A stretch of DNA of 64,000 bases from Candidatus Nanohalarchaeota archaeon QJJ-7 (GCA_022865215.1 JALIDP010000001.1:334-64333), one strand, 5' to 3'; numbered from the stretch's first letter, positions 25,365-33,487 are shown. Numbers and translations are program-made. The notes: generated from the letters alone by a model not told the origin.

Positions 25365-26650
25365 AGGTCAGAAGGACACGTAACGGGTTCATATACAGCC
25401 TTTTCGCTCTGCTTATGATGGGGCTCGCTCTGAACCTCACACTCCTCCCTCTAGCTGTTGAAGATCCTTCAGGAACCGGGGAGAAGCTGCGTGTGGACGA
25501 GGTATTCTACTTCCTGCAGAGCGTTGAAAGTGATTTCGACCGCGCGACAGACATAATCGGGAGACGTTCGATGACGGCTATGGGAAACAGGATAGTGAAC
25601 AACGGCTCCTACCTCGACGATTCACAGGAGGCTTTCAGCGAGGCGTTCATTAACGGGACTATAAACGGAACTTTGGCACCTCTTATGAACCGCTCCTCGT
25701 TCAGCGACTGGTCCGAATCGATGGAGGAACAGGCAGAAGATTCTGGTTACAACCTCACCGCTTCGATCGAGTCGATCGAGGTGGGGTCCGAACCCCCGGT
25801 CACCGCCCTCATCAATGCAACCTACCAGTTCAACCTTTCAGATGATATCACGGATACGAGGTTCGAAAGGACCAAGAACGTCTCTCAGGAAATCTCTTTC
25901 GAGGGAGTGGAAGACTCGATCATCCTGATCGAGAGCGCAGGGAGGTACACGAACTTCTTCAGTTCATGCCGAACGGATACTCCCGCAGAGCAGCTTTCCA
26001 CGGGAGGCAACTGGTTCTACCAGGAGATACGGAACTGGACTTCTGGAAACGCCGTTTTGAGACCAGGCAACAGTCCTGTTACAGATATCGATAACACTGG
26101 AGAGAAGGTCGCGGTAGTAGATGACCTGTGTAGCTACAGCGACCTGACTGACTTATCCGGGTTCGCAGGAGTGGTCTCGGGATCGAACGCTATAGACGCG
26201 AAGAGGCCGAACAATGGTATCGATGCCTGTGGCGAGGACGACGTGAACCTGGAAGCTGTAGTCGACGACTCTCCAGGAGCCCTATCAGCGGGAAACGACT
26301 CGATGATAGTGATGACTGAGGATGAGGTCTGGCAGAACAATTTGCGGGACAGGACCGAGGAGGGTTGCTATTTCTCCGATCCCTGGGCCCCGACGGTCTG
26401 GGAACGGATGGAGGGAAGGCTCTCGAACAGCGGAGGTGAAGGGACTGCATTCCTGCTAACCGTTCCGGATCTACCTAACGAGCTTCAGGAAGATTCAAAA
26501 AGTGCTGTCGCCTACGTCTACTTCAACGACTCTTCCGATTTCGGTGAAACTTCCCGTATCAAGGGAGTGACGAACGAGGATCTGGACTGGTTCCGCCTGG
26601 ATCAGCAGCACGTGGACGAGTGGGGTATAAATGCGTTGACGTACGAGTGA
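25361..26650 (+). CDS. large pilin-like protein, about 430 aa
   Basis: N-terminus MKVRRTRNGFIYSLFALLMMGLAL. The ATG at 25361 overlaps the previous stop (ATGA); the track start is GTG at 25352. The remainder is acidic with many N-x-S/T sequons. Confidence 0.6.
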   Translation: MKVRRTRNGFIYSLFALLMMGLALNLTLLPLAVEDPSGTGEKLRVDEVFYFLQSVESDFDRATDIIGRRSMTAMGNRIVNNGSYLDDSQEAFSEAFINGTINGTLAPLMNRSSFSDWSESMEEQAEDSGYNLTASIESIEVGSEPPVTALINATYQFNLSDDITDTRFERTKNVSQEISFEGVEDSIILIESAGRYTNFFSSCRTDTPAEQLSTGGNWFYQEIRNWTSGNAVLRPGNSPVTDIDNTGEKVAVVDDLCSYSDLTDLSGFAGVVSGSNAIDAKRPNNGIDACGEDDVNLEAVVDDSPGALSAGNDSMIVMTEDEVWQNNLRDRTEEGCYFSDPWAPTVWERMEGRLSNSGGEGTAFLLTVPDLPNELQEDSKSAVAYVYFNDSSDFGETSRIKGVTNEDLDWFRLDQQHVDEWGINALTYE

Positions 26651-26655
26651 ATCGC

Positions 26656-27438
26656 ATGGAAATCCTGATACCTTCAACCTTCGGACTTGACGAACGCGAT
26701 GAGAAGCTTAAAGTCTACAAGTTCGGGGAACTGGCACGCGCTATCTCCATCTTCGGGGTTGAACAGGTCACGATCTACAGGGACGAGGACCCGAAATCGG
26801 ACGAGGAGGGGAACGCGGAACTCCTGAAGAAGCATCTAGAATACGCGGAGACCCCGCCGTACCTGAGGAAAGCATTGATACCGCACGACGAGGACCTGTC
26901 GAACGCTAGCATCCTTCCCGCTCTGCAGATAATCTCCCACGGTTACAGCGACAGGTTCCGGGAGGCTGTGGTGGACGAATCTGGAGGAGGAACATCTGTA
27001 TTGAACGCGGGTCTGGATGAACCTGTAGAGCTCGATGAAGACCTCACAGAAGGAGAAAGGCTGACGCTGTCTACGGAGGAGGAACCGCACGTCATAGATA
27101 GGGATTCCATCGAGGGGTTCTGGACCTTCGATGTGAGGAACGAGAGGAAGGACCTGGGAGAGGTAGTCGAAGATCTCGACAATCCTGTAGTCGGTACCTC
27201 GAGACAGGGAGATCCTCTAACCTCGTTTATCTACGGCCGGGGGATGGACGAGGACTTCGCACTCGCGTTCGGGAGCGCATGGCGCGGGCTTTACGACCTG
27301 GAGGAACGCGGAGACCTGGATACAGACAATCTCGAGGGAACTTACAATTTCGCACCAGGTCAGCACACGAAGACGGTGAGAACATCAGAGGCTGTCCCGA
27401 TAGTACTCGGGGTCATCAACGCATTGAGACAGCTCTAG
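26656..27438 (+). CDS. SPOUT-superfamily putative RNA methyltransferase (DUF171/COG2106-like)
   Basis: MEILIPSTFG...KVYKFGELARAISIFGVEQVTIY...LEYAETPPYLRKALIP matches the remembered DUF171 pattern (Y.ETPqYLRK). Confidence 0.55.
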   Translation: MEILIPSTFGLDERDEKLKVYKFGELARAISIFGVEQVTIYRDEDPKSDEEGNAELLKKHLEYAETPPYLRKALIPHDEDLSNASILPALQIISHGYSDRFREAVVDESGGGTSVLNAGLDEPVELDEDLTEGERLTLSTEEEPHVIDRDSIEGFWTFDVRNERKDLGEVVEDLDNPVVGTSRQGDPLTSFIYGRGMDEDFALAFGSAWRGLYDLEERGDLDTDNLEGTYNFAPGQHTKTVRTSEAVPIVLGVINALRQL

Positions 27439-27890
27439 TCCGAATATCCCAGTGTGATTACCGCCACAGGTCGCAGCTGGTTACCTGTGATCTCGCTCAC
27501 TCCTTCCTCGTCAAAGGCTCCGACCCAGCAGTTCGCGATCCCTAGATCGGTTGCTGCGAGCTGGGCGTACGCAGCCGCGATCGTCGCATCCTGCAACGAA
27601 TAGAGATCCCTGCCTCTATCCCCGTATTTACGGCCGGACCTCTCTCTGTCCTGGAAGAACACGAGGTCGACAGAAGCCTCTCTCACATGGTCCTGCCCTC
27701 TCGCGGCCAGGGAAAGCTCTTCTTTCTTATCCTCTTCTCTCACGACTTCGATATCGTACGCTTTAAGGTTTCCCGCGGAAGGAGCCGTTCTCGCGGCCTC
27801 GAGGATCTCCTCTACCTTTCCTCCCTCTACTTCTTCGTCTGAGTAGTTCCTCACCGACTGCCGTCTATCGATAAGATCCCGGAACTCCAT
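27435..27890 (-). CDS. nitroreductase family protein
   Basis: RRQSVRNYSDEEV ... AARTAPSAGNLKAY ... signature. Start set at the ATG at 27890 (MEFRDLI); the track GTG is at 27899. Confidence 0.75.
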   Translation of the reverse strand: MEFRDLIDRRQSVRNYSDEEVEGGKVEEILEAARTAPSAGNLKAYDIEVVREEDKKEELSLAARGQDHVREASVDLVFFQDRERSGRKYGDRGRDLYSLQDATIAAAYAQLAATDLGIANCWVGAFDEEGVSEITGNQLRPVAVITLGYSD

Positions 27891-27936
27891 GATTTCCACC
27901 TCTGATATAATAAATGAAGCTTCTCATTCAAAAAGC

Positions 27937-28779
27937 ATGGAAGTCGCTGTCATCGGCGGACGGGGATTCGTGGGAAGAGAGGTGACAAGGAAGCTCAGAG
28001 AGGAACACGATGTCACTACGCTTGATCCGAAAGTAGGTGGTAAACACCATATCTCTACGGATATAACTGTATCAGGATCTATCAAGAAAGCCCTAGGGAA
28101 GAGAGATTTCGATACAGTCGTGAACCTGGCAGGCCTTACTCCTATGAAAGAACCACGAGGTGTCTCCTACGGGGAAGTCCATTCAGAAGGCGTGAAGAAC
28201 GTGATAGACGGGTGCGAGGCTAAAGGTATCGAGAGGCTGGTCCAAATGTCCGCACTCGGTGCGGATCCAGAAGCAGAGATGGACTATCTGAGGACCAAAG
28301 GAGAGGGGAAGAAAAAAGTCCTTGATTCCGATCTGGAGGTCACTGTAATCGAGCCCTCGATAATCTTCGATGACGGGAACGAACTGGTGCATCAGGCACG
28401 AATGTTAGCGTCTACCAGAGTCTTCCCTCACCTGAAGACGAGGATCCAACCCGTGTATCGAGGCGATGTGGCGGAGCTTTTCAGGCTCTCGGTCGAAGGC
28501 GAAGTGGGGGAGGAAGTGGTTGAAGCGGGAGGCCCGGATGAGATGTCTCTATTCGAGTTCGTGAAGAAGATCTACCGTTCAGAGGGTTACAGATGCCATC
28601 CGCTCCCGTTCCAGACCGTTATGAGCCTCGGTCTACAGATAACTGAGTTCCTTCCCTTAGTCCCTTACGGTGTGGACCAGGCCCGTTTCCTGAAATTTGA
28701 CAACACGACAGAAGAGAACGATGCGGAAGAATACGTGGTACTTCGCTCAGTGGACAGGTGGCTATCCGAAGAGTTCTGA
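27937..28779 (+). CDS. NAD(P)-binding atypical SDR (epimerase/NmrA/NDUFA9-like)
   Basis: MEVAVIGGRGFVGREV Rossmann motif at the N-terminus. Start chosen at the ATG at 27937 rather than the track start at 27889. Confidence 0.7.
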   Translation: MEVAVIGGRGFVGREVTRKLREEHDVTTLDPKVGGKHHISTDITVSGSIKKALGKRDFDTVVNLAGLTPMKEPRGVSYGEVHSEGVKNVIDGCEAKGIERLVQMSALGADPEAEMDYLRTKGEGKKKVLDSDLEVTVIEPSIIFDDGNELVHQARMLASTRVFPHLKTRIQPVYRGDVAELFRLSVEGEVGEEVVEAGGPDEMSLFEFVKKIYRSEGYRCHPLPFQTVMSLGLQITEFLPLVPYGVDQARFLKFDNTTEENDAEEYVVLRSVDRWLSEEF

Positions 28780-28944
28780 AAACTTCTCAACGAAAACTTC
28801 CCTCTTCCATACCGCTCCAAGGATCAGTGCCAGGATGATGATGTAGACTGTTATCCCTGAAAGGGGCGGCGAGCATCCTTCAGGTATGAAGCACTGCTTC
28901 CCTGTTATCCAGCCGAAAAGAAGATTCCAGGTTGATTGATCCAT
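28762..28944 (-). CDS. small single-TM protein (tentative)
   Basis: 60-codon ORF 5 nt downstream of ndk on the same strand, with one hydrophobic helix (ITVYIIILALILGAVW). It overlaps the convergent SDR gene end by 18 nt. Confidence 0.3.
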   Translation of the reverse strand: MDQSTWNLLFGWITGKQCFIPEGCSPPLSGITVYIIILALILGAVWKREVFVEKFSELFG

Positions 28945-28948
28945 CCTA

Positions 28949-29446
28949 TCACGCTATATGGAAGTCGTCCACGCGCTCGTACTGGTGGATCTCTTCTTCG
29001 TCGAACCAGATGGAGATCTCTTCCTCCGCTTCTTCCGGATTCCCTGCCGCATGGATGATGTTCTTGACAGCTTTCCCTCTCTCATCCGCGTGCTCCATGC
29101 TCATATGTGAGAAGTCCCCCCTGATCGTTCCGGGAGCGGCCTCGTAAGGTTCTGTAGCTCCGACTATCTTCCTGACCACGGCAACGGCCTCGACACCCTC
29201 CACGACCCCTGCGATGACAGGGCCTTCCTTCATAAATTCTGCGAGAGAATCATAGAAATCCTTGTCCACGTGTTCAGAATAGTGCTCCTCCAGGACCTCA
29301 TCAGAGGCCTGGACCATCTTTAGCGCCGCGATACGAAGTCCAGCACGCTCCAGTCGGTCCATCACCTCCCCGACGATACCTCTCTGGACCGCGTCAGGTT
29401 TCAGCGCGATAAAAGTCCTCTCGATCTTACCTTCCATAGTCATCAC
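28949..29446 (-). CDS. ndk: nucleoside diphosphate kinase (with an insertion near the active-site His)
   Basis: ERTFIALKPDAVQRGIVGEV, GPVIAGVVEG, APGTIRGDF ... NIIHAAGN ... EISIWF. Confidence 0.85.
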   Translation of the reverse strand: MMTMEGKIERTFIALKPDAVQRGIVGEVMDRLERAGLRIAALKMVQASDEVLEEHYSEHVDKDFYDSLAEFMKEGPVIAGVVEGVEAVAVVRKIVGATEPYEAAPGTIRGDFSHMSMEHADERGKAVKNIIHAAGNPEEAEEEISIWFDEEEIHQYERVDDFHIA

Positions 29447-29864
29447 TCCACTGGGTTATGTCATTGGAGGTCTGTTCACATTTTAAAAGGTCTATCCTCT
29501 CGTCCTGCTCCGCCCAGTCGCTGCAACTTGTACCGTCATAGGACGCGTTCGGGTTATCTGTCCATTCTAGCCCCTCAAGAGAGGGATCCTCATTGCAGAT
29601 GGCCTGCGCGTCCAGTCCGCATTCCGCCTCCACCCTACGGTATTCGGAAGCGTTGGAGGGATCGACACAGGACACCGCTCTCTTTTCTATACCGAGACAC
29701 GTATTTCCGGCTTCAAACCCCTGGCACTCTATAGATATGTCGCACATGGCGAATGAACGCTCCTCGCCCTCCACGGCCAGATTGTGGGCTGCCGCGATCG
29801 GGATGAGGATCAGAACGGTAAGAATCAAGTATTTCAAATTCGTATCTATATCTTGGAACTGCAT
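29427..29864 (-). CDS. secreted cysteine-rich acidic protein
   Basis: N-terminal hydrophobic signal-like helix (YLILTVLILIPIAAA) followed by about 10 Cys residues in an acidic domain. ATG at 29864; the track GTG is at 29873. Confidence 0.5.
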   Translation of the reverse strand: MQFQDIDTNLKYLILTVLILIPIAAAHNLAVEGEERSFAMCDISIECQGFEAGNTCLGIEKRAVSCVDPSNASEYRRVEAECGLDAQAICNEDPSLEGLEWTDNPNASYDGTSCSDWAEQDERIDLLKCEQTSNDITQWSDDYGR

Positions 29865-29906
29865 ATTTCCCACCTTCCGAGAAGCTTCAAAAATGTACTG
29901 GGCCCG

Positions 29907-30662
29907 ATGAACCTCGATGATGAACTAAAGGAACTGGATGAGAATCCTGAATGGTATCAGGAATACGTTGAAGGCGACCTATCTCTCCATCTCGGGATCA
30001 TACCGGACGGGAACCGCAGGTACGCTGATTCTAGAGGTCTAGGGCGCGGGGAGGGCCACCTTCATGGGGCGGAACGTGCAGTCGAGCTTCTGGACTGGGT
30101 TTCCGAATATCCGTTCATAACTGAGGTGACAGCATGGGCCCTATCCCCTGCAAACTATCGCAAGAGATCTGATAGAGAAGTTCGGAACCTTAACCGTGTC
30201 TACGCGGAGATAGCCCAGAAAATGGAGGAGGACGGTTCACGTATCCACGAGAACGAGATCAGGGTGGAAACCATCGGAGACCTCTCCGTTCTGGAAGAAA
30301 ATACCCGGGAATCGATCAGGGACCTGAAACAGGGGACCTCTGATTACGGTGAGAGAACTCTGAACCTCGCGTTCCACTATGACTCTGATTACGAGATAGA
30401 CCAGGCCCTCGAATCTGCCAGAGAGGAAGGGATCGAGGCCCCTTCCCATGAAGACCTGAGAGAGCGCTACGAGATTTCAGAGGTCGATATACTGATGAGA
30501 TACGGGAGCGACAGTTCCCACCTGTCCAACTTCGCACCTATGGACAGGATGCGGCAGGCCACCATCGTCTTCCCGGGGAAGAACTTTCCTGAGGCAGAAA
30601 AAAGCGATATAGACCGCGCTCTGGAAAGGCATTATAAGAGAGATAGAACCGAAGGCGCCTAA
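29907..30662 (+). CDS. uppS: cis-prenyltransferase (undecaprenyl/dolichyl diphosphate synthase)
   Basis: HLGIIPDGNRRYA motif and the later RYGSDSSHLSNF motif. Start set at the ATG at 29907 (MNLDDE...); the upstream part of the track ORF overlaps the divergent gene. Confidence 0.85.
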   Translation: MNLDDELKELDENPEWYQEYVEGDLSLHLGIIPDGNRRYADSRGLGRGEGHLHGAERAVELLDWVSEYPFITEVTAWALSPANYRKRSDREVRNLNRVYAEIAQKMEEDGSRIHENEIRVETIGDLSVLEENTRESIRDLKQGTSDYGERTLNLAFHYDSDYEIDQALESAREEGIEAPSHEDLRERYEISEVDILMRYGSDSSHLSNFAPMDRMRQATIVFPGKNFPEAEKSDIDRALERHYKRDRTEGA

Positions 30663-30703
30663 CCTTTAAACGTTGCATTCAGGTTCATTACTAGGTTCTG
30701 CGG

Positions 30704-32788
30704 ATGCTAGTAGGAGAGCTCGAAGGCAAGGTTTCCACCGATAGACTCAAGTTCGAGGCGTTCAAGGAGGTCGAGAAGTTCGACTTTGTGACTGTGAAGA
30801 ACCCGAAGGAAGGGCAGGAATGGATACTGGCACAGGTCGACGAGATCATAAAACAGCAGGACGGGAAGATGGAATCAGAAGCCCAGGTCATAGGTTATCG
30901 GGAGAACGGAATGCTGAAGCAGCCGCGGCACGTCGTAGACCCGGACGCGATGGTGTACCGTGCGGACGAAGAGGTGATCGCGAAGACTCTCGGCCTCACG
31001 CAGGAAGGACTTTACCTCGGGAGACTGGACACCAACCCCGACATCAGCATCTACCTCGATCCCGAGGATCTTTACAAGCACATCGCGGTCCTTGCGAAGA
31101 CAGGAGCCGGTAAGTCCTACTTCACTGGCGTTATGATAGAGGAACTTCTGGAGGCAGACTACCCTGTTATAATAATCGACCCACACGGCGAGTACCACAC
31201 CCTAGCGAGGGAGAATCAGGTCTCGGACGAACAATCAGATAAGTACGGCATCGATCCGGAAGGGTACGATATCATCGAATACTCGACCAACACCGAGGTG
31301 AACCCTTCCGCGGAAGAACTTTCTTTCTCTTCCCGGAACCTGGATGCAAAGGAGATAGAGCAGGTGGTTCCGACCAACCTGACCAACGCACAACTGGAGG
31401 TCCTATATAACGCATTGAAGGACCTGGAGAAGAGGGACTCGTACAGCCTCCAGGACGTTGTCGACCGGTGCATGGAAGGAGATTCTAAAGCCAAGTGGAA
31501 CCTGGTGAGCATGCTCGAGGTAGTGCAGGATTCCAACCTTTTCGCGGACGATCCGACAGACCTGGAGCAGTTCGTGGAGCCTGGGCAGGCATCGATAGTC
31601 AACCTGAAGGGTTCGGATCCCGAGATGCAGGAGATGGCTGTCTACAAGCTTGCGAAGGAGCTGTTCGAGAAGCGGAAGCGCGGCGGACTCGAACCTTTCG
31701 TGATGGTCATGGAGGAGGCCCACAACTTCGTTCCGGAGAGGAACTTCGGAAAAGCTGTCTGTTCGGATATCCTGAGAACCATCGCCTCAGAAGGCCGCAA
31801 GTTCGGTCTCGGTCTCGGAGTGGTCTCACAGAGACCTGCAAGGGTGGACAAGAACGTCCTCTCCCAGTGCAACACCCAGTTCATATTAAGGGTTACGAAC
31901 CCGAACGATCTGAACGCGATAAGCCGTTCATTCGAGGGAGTAACCTCTGAAGTCAAAGACTTTATCACCTCTCTACCTCCAGGAACAGGACTCCTTCTAG
32001 GGAAAGAATACCCTGTAATGACTGATGTCCGTACCAGGAGGAGCAGCCACGGCGGTGAGGCGAAAGAGCTCTCGGAGGGGGAGACTTCCGTAGACCGGTC
32101 TGATCAAGAGGAAATAGAGAAAGATGTAACCGGTATAGACGATAAAGAACCTTCTCCAGAACCTCGACCGGGACCAGAAGTAGAAAAGGATTCCGATAGT
32201 GAAGTAGAGACAAATAGACCTGAAAGTGGGGATAGAGACGTAAAGAGTGACGAGGATTTCATGCGAGTCGCTCCTTCTATCAGTTTCGAGAAGTTCAAAG
32301 AGAAGGCAGGTACAGGGAAGGTAGCCTATTATCCGCTCCACCTCGTCGATACAGGCAAAGGAGAAGCGGTAGTGGATGCGACTGACGGAGAGTTGAAAGG
32401 TGTGGAGCCTCAAATTGGAGGCGAAACGGGGAACGCTCTGGAAATCCTGAAGAGAGGGGATAGAACCCGGGGCGAGCTTCTAGAGGCTCTGGACATCTCT
32501 CTTGGGAAACTGCAGAGGATACTGGAGACTCTTGAAGACAAGGACCTGATAGAAGAGAGAGAAGACCATTACCGGTATTCGGGCCACCCTGCACTCGTAA
32601 CAGAGACTGAGAAGTTCGAACCAAGTGAAGTTGAATCCGTCATAGAAGAAGATATAAGCCCGGGAGAGGCATCTAGGATGGTTGAGGAGGAGATAGGAGG
32701 AGAAGAGAGTTCGGTCGAAACGGTCTATTATCCCTATTACACGGCCGGAGAACAGGTCTTTGATGCGGTCAGGGCGGAAGAGGTATAG
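30704..32788 (+). CDS. herA: HerA-type ATPase (HAS-barrel plus FtsK/HerA core) with a roughly 240-aa C-terminal extension containing a winged helix
   Basis: N-terminal barrel-like FDFVTVKNPKEGQEWILAQVDEI. Walker A VLAKTGAGKSYFTG. Walker B VMVMEEAHNFVPE. VVSQRPARVDKNVLSQCNTQFILRVTNPND. The C-terminus has an acidic linker, then GNALEILKRGDRTRGELLEALDISLGKLQRILETLEDKDLIE. Confidence 0.8.
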   Translation: MLVGELEGKVSTDRLKFEAFKEVEKFDFVTVKNPKEGQEWILAQVDEIIKQQDGKMESEAQVIGYRENGMLKQPRHVVDPDAMVYRADEEVIAKTLGLTQEGLYLGRLDTNPDISIYLDPEDLYKHIAVLAKTGAGKSYFTGVMIEELLEADYPVIIIDPHGEYHTLARENQVSDEQSDKYGIDPEGYDIIEYSTNTEVNPSAEELSFSSRNLDAKEIEQVVPTNLTNAQLEVLYNALKDLEKRDSYSLQDVVDRCMEGDSKAKWNLVSMLEVVQDSNLFADDPTDLEQFVEPGQASIVNLKGSDPEMQEMAVYKLAKELFEKRKRGGLEPFVMVMEEAHNFVPERNFGKAVCSDILRTIASEGRKFGLGLGVVSQRPARVDKNVLSQCNTQFILRVTNPNDLNAISRSFEGVTSEVKDFITSLPPGTGLLLGKEYPVMTDVRTRRSSHGGEAKELSEGETSVDRSDQEEIEKDVTGIDDKEPSPEPRPGPEVEKDSDSEVETNRPESGDRDVKSDEDFMRVAPSISFEKFKEKAGTGKVAYYPLHLVDTGKGEAVVDATDGELKGVEPQIGGETGNALEILKRGDRTRGELLEALDISLGKLQRILETLEDKDLIEEREDHYRYSGHPALVTETEKFEPSEVESVIEEDISPGEASRMVEEEIGGEESSVETVYYPYYTAGEQVFDAVRAEEV

Positions 32789-32791
32789 AAG

Positions 32792-32801
32792 GTTTAAAAG
32801 C
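32792..32801 (+). promoter_or_regulatory. TATA box (GTTTAAAAGC) of tRNA-Val
   Basis: Identical to the SRP RNA box. It ends 21 nt before tRNA position +1. Confidence 0.6.
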
Positions 32802-32822
32802 TCTCTCCAGAAGTTCTGGACA

Positions 32823-32981
32823 GGGTCCGTGGTCTAGCCTGGTTTGTTTCTGGGATTCCCAGAGGCACATAAAGGACACCACCCTTACAACCGCACCGTA
32901 TGCGGAGCAACGGTGCTCCGATCAAACACGCGGGGCGAGTTTGAGAGGTGGTAATCGGCGGTTCGAATCCGCCCGGACCCA
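32823..32981 (+). tRNA. tRNA-Val(UAC) with two introns (D-loop, about 27 nt; anticodon loop 37/38, 56 nt)
   Basis: Hand fold. Acceptor GGGTCCG/CGGACCC plus discriminator A. D stem GTCT (32832-35)/GGAC (32874-77), interrupted after AGCCTGGTT by a hairpin-containing insert (TCTGG-GATTC-CCAGA). Anticodon stem CCACC (32879-83)/GGTGG (32947-51), loop CTTACA|A with anticodon TAC at 32886-88. Insert 32890-32945. T arm GGCGG-TTCGAAT-CCGCC. Confidence 0.7.
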
Positions 32982-32984
32982 TAT
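32961..32984 (+). repeat. 24-nt direct repeat, copy 1 (tRNA-Val T loop to 3' end plus 3 nt: GTTCGAATCCGCCCGGACCCATAT)
   Basis: Exact match to 33036-33059. Confidence 0.9.
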
Positions 32985-33035
32985 CGGAGATATGCTTGGA
33001 GGCGGTTTCGAACCCGAGAAACCGCAGGTTTCGAT

Positions 33036-33059
33036 GTTCGAATCCGCCCGGACCCATAT
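33036..33059 (+). repeat. 24-nt direct repeat, copy 2 (orphan tRNA 3'-end fragment)
   Basis: Exact match to 32961-32984. It is preceded by a degenerate T-arm-like GGCGGTTTCGAACC and an 8-bp hairpin (GCGGTTTC/GAAACCGC, 33002-33025). Confidence 0.9.
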
Positions 33060-33139
33060 AGAAGATGCCGTTCTGGGAAAGGGACTCACTTTAAATACAT
33101 TTTTAATATAAACTTCCACATTAAGGGAGGTGGAGTAAA

Positions 33140-33478
33140 ATGAAGCAGATTATAGCCATAAGGAAAGATATCAACATGAGCGAAGGTAAAAGAGTGGCAC
33201 AGGCCTGCCACGCTTCTCTAGGAGCCTACAACAACTCCGCAGACTCTGCAAAGAATCTCTGGGAAGCAGACGGGGCTAAAAAGATAGCCGTGGGGATAGA
33301 CGGTGAGAAGGAGCTGAAGGAGAAGTTCAAGAACGCGAAGATAGAAGATTTACCTGCGTATATCGTCCGGGATGCGGGAGAGACCGAGCTGGAGGAGGGT
33401 ACAGTCACAGCTCTGGGTATAGGACCGGCGGAAGATGAAACAGTTGACAGGATCACTGAAGACCTCCCTCTTCTCTAG
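33140..33478 (+). CDS. pth2: archaeal peptidyl-tRNA hydrolase (Pth2)
   Basis: IAIRKDINMSEGKRVAQACHASLGAY ... YIVRDAGETELEEGTVTALGIGP. Typical Pth2 length of 112 aa. Confidence 0.85.
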   Translation: MKQIIAIRKDINMSEGKRVAQACHASLGAYNNSADSAKNLWEADGAKKIAVGIDGEKELKEKFKNAKIEDLPAYIVRDAGETELEEGTVTALGIGPAEDETVDRITEDLPLL

Positions 33479-33487
33479 GTGCAAAAG

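Noticed and set aside
32794-33119. Minus-strand ORFs containing a repeated MGPGGFE peptide.
   Set aside because: The peptide repeat is simply the translated 24-nt tRNA 3'-end duplication. The region is a tRNA locus, not coding.
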